This document shows positions 59,106 through 64,000 of a stretch of DNA of 64,000 bases, in pieces. This stretch comes from Haliotis rufescens. Taxonomy: Eukaryota. The notes beneath the pieces are model-generated. The model was not told the origin of the DNA and did not search any database. It worked only from the letters and a program-made list of their open reading frames with translations. Made by a program: the position numbers and the translations under genes. Each line of letters begins with the position of its first letter. Positions within the stretch are counted from its first letter, which is position 1. Where the stretch lies: contig NW_025964354.1 in the NCBI RefSeq assembly GCF_023055435.1, positions 2,294,001-2,358,000 of the forward strand. Direction: 5' to 3'.

Positions 59106-62100
59106 CTTCAACAGAAATGAGCAGTGATGTACAGACTGGTATTCTGGTACCAGATAGACAAACAAGGGAAACAGTAAAACATATTGTTCGTGTTACAATT
59201 TCAAATACAAAATATTTCAGCATAGGTGAGGTGAAATTGGGTTTACCGTCGCGTCCAAGATTTTTCACATATATGGCGACGTTCATGCACGTGTTTGTGT
59301 GGCTTCTTGTACTAGTCCGGACTGATACCTATTTATAGTGCTAGCTCACTGAGATACCATGCCGCATTTCAACCTGAATACTACCCGACTCAGACACAGT
59401 TTACTGACTCCGAACCAACCAGTCCTTGTTTTAGCCCCTTAATGCCGAGCGCCAGACAGGGTAACAACAAATGCCATCATTTAACGTCTTTTGGTATGAC
59501 GCTGCCGGGGATCAAACCCCGGACCTTCCGCTCTCCGGACGGCTGCTCTACCACTGGACCACGGAAACGGTCTTTCAGTGTAGGAGTTACAGGTACTTAT
59601 TCCGAATAGATGATCTCCAAAGAATACATGCGATCAAAGTGTGGTCTTACCGTTTGATAACAAATACAATGAGAACCGCTACCAGGATTCCTATAAGAGC
59701 GGCATATCCATCTGTGATATAAAAATATCATTTACTTTACATATACAATTAACTGGTCGTTGAGAAAATTCCAGTCGAGTGTTCACCACATGTTTGGCAG
59801 GGAGAACGTTTTCATGAGGCATTATAACCATGGCCTAAGCATATGCACTATAATATTGATATCAATATACCATTGCCAGTAGGTATGATTCTGGATAAAA
59901 AAGCGACAATGCCATTTCCATAATCATAAGAAATCATTCGAGTCCAATATACGATTGCGACTATATCATAAGCAAATGTTTATATAATCAGCATGTCAAA
60001 TAGTGATGGTAGCAGATATTCGCGAAAAGGTAAGCGATGGTAGCACCGTCATAAACACATGCAAAGGAAGTCAGTTTGGCTTTGCTTGTCAATGATGAGA
60101 CATATTTTGAAAAGTCCTCCACCTGTCTGCCATACCAATTGTAGAAAAGTTCACTTAGGTCTTGAATCACTTCATATAACCAAGTACATACTTAGCACTA
60201 CGTATACTACCCGAAAAACGTATACTACCCGAGTATACACTGTATACAGAGTGACTATAAACTGCTCCTGTTTGCACTGTTTCTCCTGTTTCTGCACTAC
60301 ATATGACTATACACAAAGTCGAGTCTGTACTTACACAAACTAGGGGATGTCACATGGGCCTTTGAGTGTGGTTCTTGTGATGTCATTGATAGATACGTAG
60401 CTGAAAATGAATAGTACAGTCAACACAATACATGATTTACACAAAACACAGGTCACAGTATAAACTATTTGCCGAACGATGAATTGCAACCCCACTCTAC
60501 ACCAGTCACTTATATACTTACACTTACTCGGCGATGTCATAACTGGCTTTGTTGCAGTGGCGTCATGACCTGAAATGTATTGAATGCTATATACTAAGCT
60601 ACACTATGCATCAATATATTACACTTCATATTTGTATACATTACAAAAACAAAACTCACAAAACACATATTACTAGTATATAACTATAACATTCAGAATG
60701 CATGCATTCAACAACTTGCATAAGACAAAAAAGTATGTACCTTAACAAAATACATCTTCTATTTATATCAACTTTTTCTAAGGGAATACATTCTTATGTT
60801 AAATATTTTGACATACTTCCATTGACACTATTGTGGTCACTGCCTAATGAAGAAGCCTACGTTATTTTCTATTTACATGATTTGTCTTTGCTGAGGGTGA
60901 TAACTTTATGTTTACACAAACCTGAAACAATTTAATATCAAGTTTATGTGCCAAGGGCTAATTGAAAATTATTTCACTAGGGACACAAATGTCATATCAA
61001 ATCGAAGTGAGTGCATTAATAGTCCATTTATTACCACATATATACTTTGAAGAGGAATCTGCATACGATAGGGTTTTCCTTCCATATTATGGCTTTTCAC
61101 TGCCTAAGTTGCCTCTTACGTCCTACAGTATCTGTTTCGTCGAAAACTCGAAACTTGTTATTTTCTTGCATTAACTTTTCATCTTTATATTTGTGAACTG
61201 AATTACCTCTCAGAGTGATTAACGAAATACTCACTCACTCATTTTTATTTTGACAGTTAAGTAGCACAGCTGACGCAATACACATAACACCGGATTACAA
61301 CTGTGAACGTAAGAGACACGTACGTGAGACAAACAGGTCGTGTATACACCGAGTCATGGAAATCTTGGTTGCACCTTTTTCCTCTCTCCTGCAGGTGTAC
61401 CTTCCAGCATCAGCTAGTGTAACATTGTAGAGACGAAAGACATAGGTGCTGGTGTTACGGGAGGTAACAACCTCCACCATCCTGGTTCTGAGCCAGTACT
61501 CAGGAAGTATGTAGACCTTATTGGAATCCACTGCCATAAACTTATCCCCACTAGGTGTCATGATGTAGAATTCATATCGATAACGAGGCATCTTCCAGGC
61601 TACCATGGCATGATCACCTTCACGCACTTGTGTGTAGTTCGGGACTTTTTCCATCTTTGCTGTAAAACATCACAATTACACATACATAAGTTAACAGTGT
61701 GCATGTATGAGTGAAAGCGTACTGACATGAGCGCGGGTCTGTGTTTCATGTTCATGTGAAAGCGTAATGTGCATAGTGCTGAATCAGTTGCAATATTAGT
61801 GATATTGGGAGGCAATAAATACACATTTCAATTTTGTCATTACTATGGATGTGTACAGAGCTCTTTAAAAAATATAGAATACTTGATTATTATCGTTCTT
61901 TACTTCCTGGGGTGTATATAACCCAACCATTAACAGTCACACTACCATCTCCTCCAACTGGTTAGGGTGCTGTATGAACAGGATCACACTAGACTCCCAG
62001 GAGTCAACCTGCCGGACACCTGATTTGTATATTAATAAAACAAATTCAAATAAAGATAGTGTAATGTAAATGTTGTGTAAAGAAATGACATTCGTCTGTA

Positions 62101-63429
62101 ACAGGGGGCTAAGATAGAAAGTCTCATCAAGTTAACACATGACTAGCTAGATACTGGCATGACTGTATGGATCATAAGTTGTAACAGAAGACATTTGTAT
62201 GACCTTCGTCTGGAGATTACATCTATGTCTTGTTGTTATTACAATCTTATACTACTAGGTAAACTGTGGATTCTGCCCTCTGCCCCTAGAAGCATTTGTA
62301 ATTAGGATGAATGAGTTGGTCATATGAACATGCATATTATACAACTTGACTACCTGCCTTTGATGTTGTAGTGGTTTAGTCACTTACAGTCTGTGGACAT
62401 TGTAAATTCTTCACTCCAGTCAGTTTGAACATTCCATCTCACTAGTTCAGCTTTACACGTGTATCTCCCTCTGTCATCATCCTGTCCTACATCACTGACT
62501 ATCAGAGCGCTCTTAAGGTAGAAGTAGTCTCCATGTAACTTCGAAACTGCCAAAGGATGTATTCCTATGTTTACATGTTCGACTTCATTCCGCCTCCAAC
62601 TCCAAGTTACTAATGTATGTATGTACCCTTTCACGGCGACGTAACATGTCAGCGTGACATTTTTATCGGCTTCAACTGTCTGAGGGGCGACGATGTAGGC
62701 AACCGCAATATCTGTTCATAAATATAATGTATGGCTATTGGTAAAGGTACAATGCAAGGGTCGTTACAGGGACCTTAACTCATATTTGAGGACAACTATA
62801 TAGCATACTCATCATTTCTAAATGAAAATATACACATGTCACAGAACATTTTTCAAACAAGTAATAAGACAAATGCGCTGGCAAATTGTATGTTCGATTG
62901 AGCATCAGGACATGAGAATACCTCTCGTGGCATGGTATTTGATAGATTATGGAAAAGGTATATTTTGATAATTTTTTGAGTGAATATCAAAAGCAGATGG
63001 CCAGTAGTTTTGATTTCAGAGAGCTTGTTTCAGCAACATTTGTCTCATTTATCTGTTATTTGTGCTTGGTTGATTGTACTCATGTTATTAAATAATACGC
63101 ACATATTACAAATAGCCATTGACCACAGTCGTACACTCTTGACCCGGTAGAGCGTGGTGACCCTCTGTGACATCTGTACTCTTCATTGTCTGGCCAGTCC
63201 ACATTATACAGCTGGAAGCTGAACACCCCAGATCCTGAGGAATTCATTCTCCCGGTGAATGTTGCTCTGGACTTGTATCTGTCAGTGACATTCACTTGAT
63301 TATAGTCAGTTATGTGGAACAGAGATTTCGAAGATATCCGTCGCACTGTAAACTCTCTGAGTCCAGGTCGGGGTAATGTCCACGACAGAAAGGCTGTACT
63401 CCCGAGGCGAGCATATGCAGGCGACGCAG
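58817..63429 (-). CDS. G5: IgSF receptor, 5'-partial (leader beyond window), V*-C-V*-stalk-TM-tail. Exons: 63103-63429, 62388-62711, 61324-61659, 60528-60569, 59651-59711, 58817-59105
   Basis: GT-AG with consistent phases. TM GYAALIGILVAVLIVFVIKR joins in phase 2 to RSFCIQCKRSR...EEHIYGTV...HTSSIL*. Confidence 0.82.
59300..59572 (-). mobile_element. tRNA-derived SINE family B (also 47583-47820 -, 13912-14152 +, 11760-11920 +)
   Basis: tRNA-like head followed by cataccaaaagacgttaaa...ggcgctcggcattaagggg...atctcagtgagctagcactataaa, shared among copies. Confidence 0.7.
59651..59711 (-). CDS. G5 transmembrane exon
   Basis: atcacag|61 bp|gtaaga. Hydrophobic run ending KR. Confidence 0.85.
61324..61659 (-). 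CDS. G5 exon: atypical V-type Ig domain 3
   Basis: 336 bp. Confidence 0.9.
62388..62711 (-). CDS. G5 exon: C-type Ig domain 2
   Basis: 324 bp. NVTLTCYV...TWSWRRN...DRGRYTCKAE. Confidence 0.9.
63103..63429 (-). CDS. G5 exon: atypical V-type Ig domain 1
   Basis: 327 bp. Paralogue of G3/G4 domain 1. Confidence 0.9.
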
Positions 63430-63597
63430 CTGAAATAATACAATACATGGTGAACACACATCCAGGAACAGGTAGCAGTAGTTACAGCAGTTCGGCAATG
63501 TGTAGCAGACCAAGAGAAGTTTACATGCATACATGCAGTGTGAACATTTGAAGTCTGCAGCAGTATGAACATTTGAAGCATTATACAGTGTACATAT

Positions 63598-63945
63598 TCA
63601 AGCAGTATGCAGTGGGATCCTCTGAAGCATCACGCAGTGGGAACCTTTGAAGTATGACGCAGTGGGACCCTCTGAAGCATGGAGCAGCGGGAACCTTTGA
63701 AGCATGAAGCAGCGGGAACCTTTGAAGCATGACGCAGTGGGAACCTTTGAAGCATGAAGAAGCGGGAACCTTTCAATCATGAAGCAAGGGGAACTTTTGA
63801 AGCATGGAGCAGCGGGAACCTTTGAAGCATGAAGCAGCGAGAACCTTTCAAGCATGAAGCAGCGGGAACCTTTCAAGCATGAAGCAGTGGGAACCTTTCA
63901 AGCATGAATCAGTGGGAACCCTTCAAGCATGAAGCAGCGGGAACT
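63598..63945. repeat. 25-bp minisatellite, ~14 copies
   Basis: Unit gaagcagcgggaacctttgaagcat. Confidence 0.9.
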
Positions 63946-64000
63946 GTATCTGCACTACATATGACAAGGTACACTATACACAAAGTCGGGTATGTTGACT

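Overview
Eukaryotic (animal) genomic DNA, AT-rich and repeat-rich, with two assembly gaps. The tRNA-derived SINEs resemble gastropod/abalone-type families, but this is inference only. The window holds a head-to-tail, minus-strand cluster of five multi-exon immunoglobulin-superfamily genes (G1-G5, left to right), reconstructed by hand from GT-AG sites and intron phases. All share a V*-C-V* ectodomain. The V* domains are atypical: Trp replaces the B-strand Cys, the C-strand Trp is absent, and an invariant extra G-strand Cys (CGQ/CGH/CTH/CIH) could close the CDR3-like F-G loop. The outputs differ. G1 is probably secreted. G2 adds a fourth Ig domain, a TM and a long tail with an ITIM-like and a PDZ motif. 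G3 has a TM and a tail with a consensus ITIM. G5 has a different TM/tail with CxxC, YxxV and a PDZ motif. G4 is like G5, but a 2-bp insertion frameshifts its tail. Leader, ectodomain and tail modules are shuffled between paralogues and there are signs of gene conversion. This resembles a diversifying paired immune or allorecognition receptor locus. Also present: a decayed Tc1/mariner, Penelope-like and LINE fragments, many SINEs, MITEs and several minisatellites, including a 20-bp GATA-containing array ~0.87 kb upstream of the G3 and G4 start codons.
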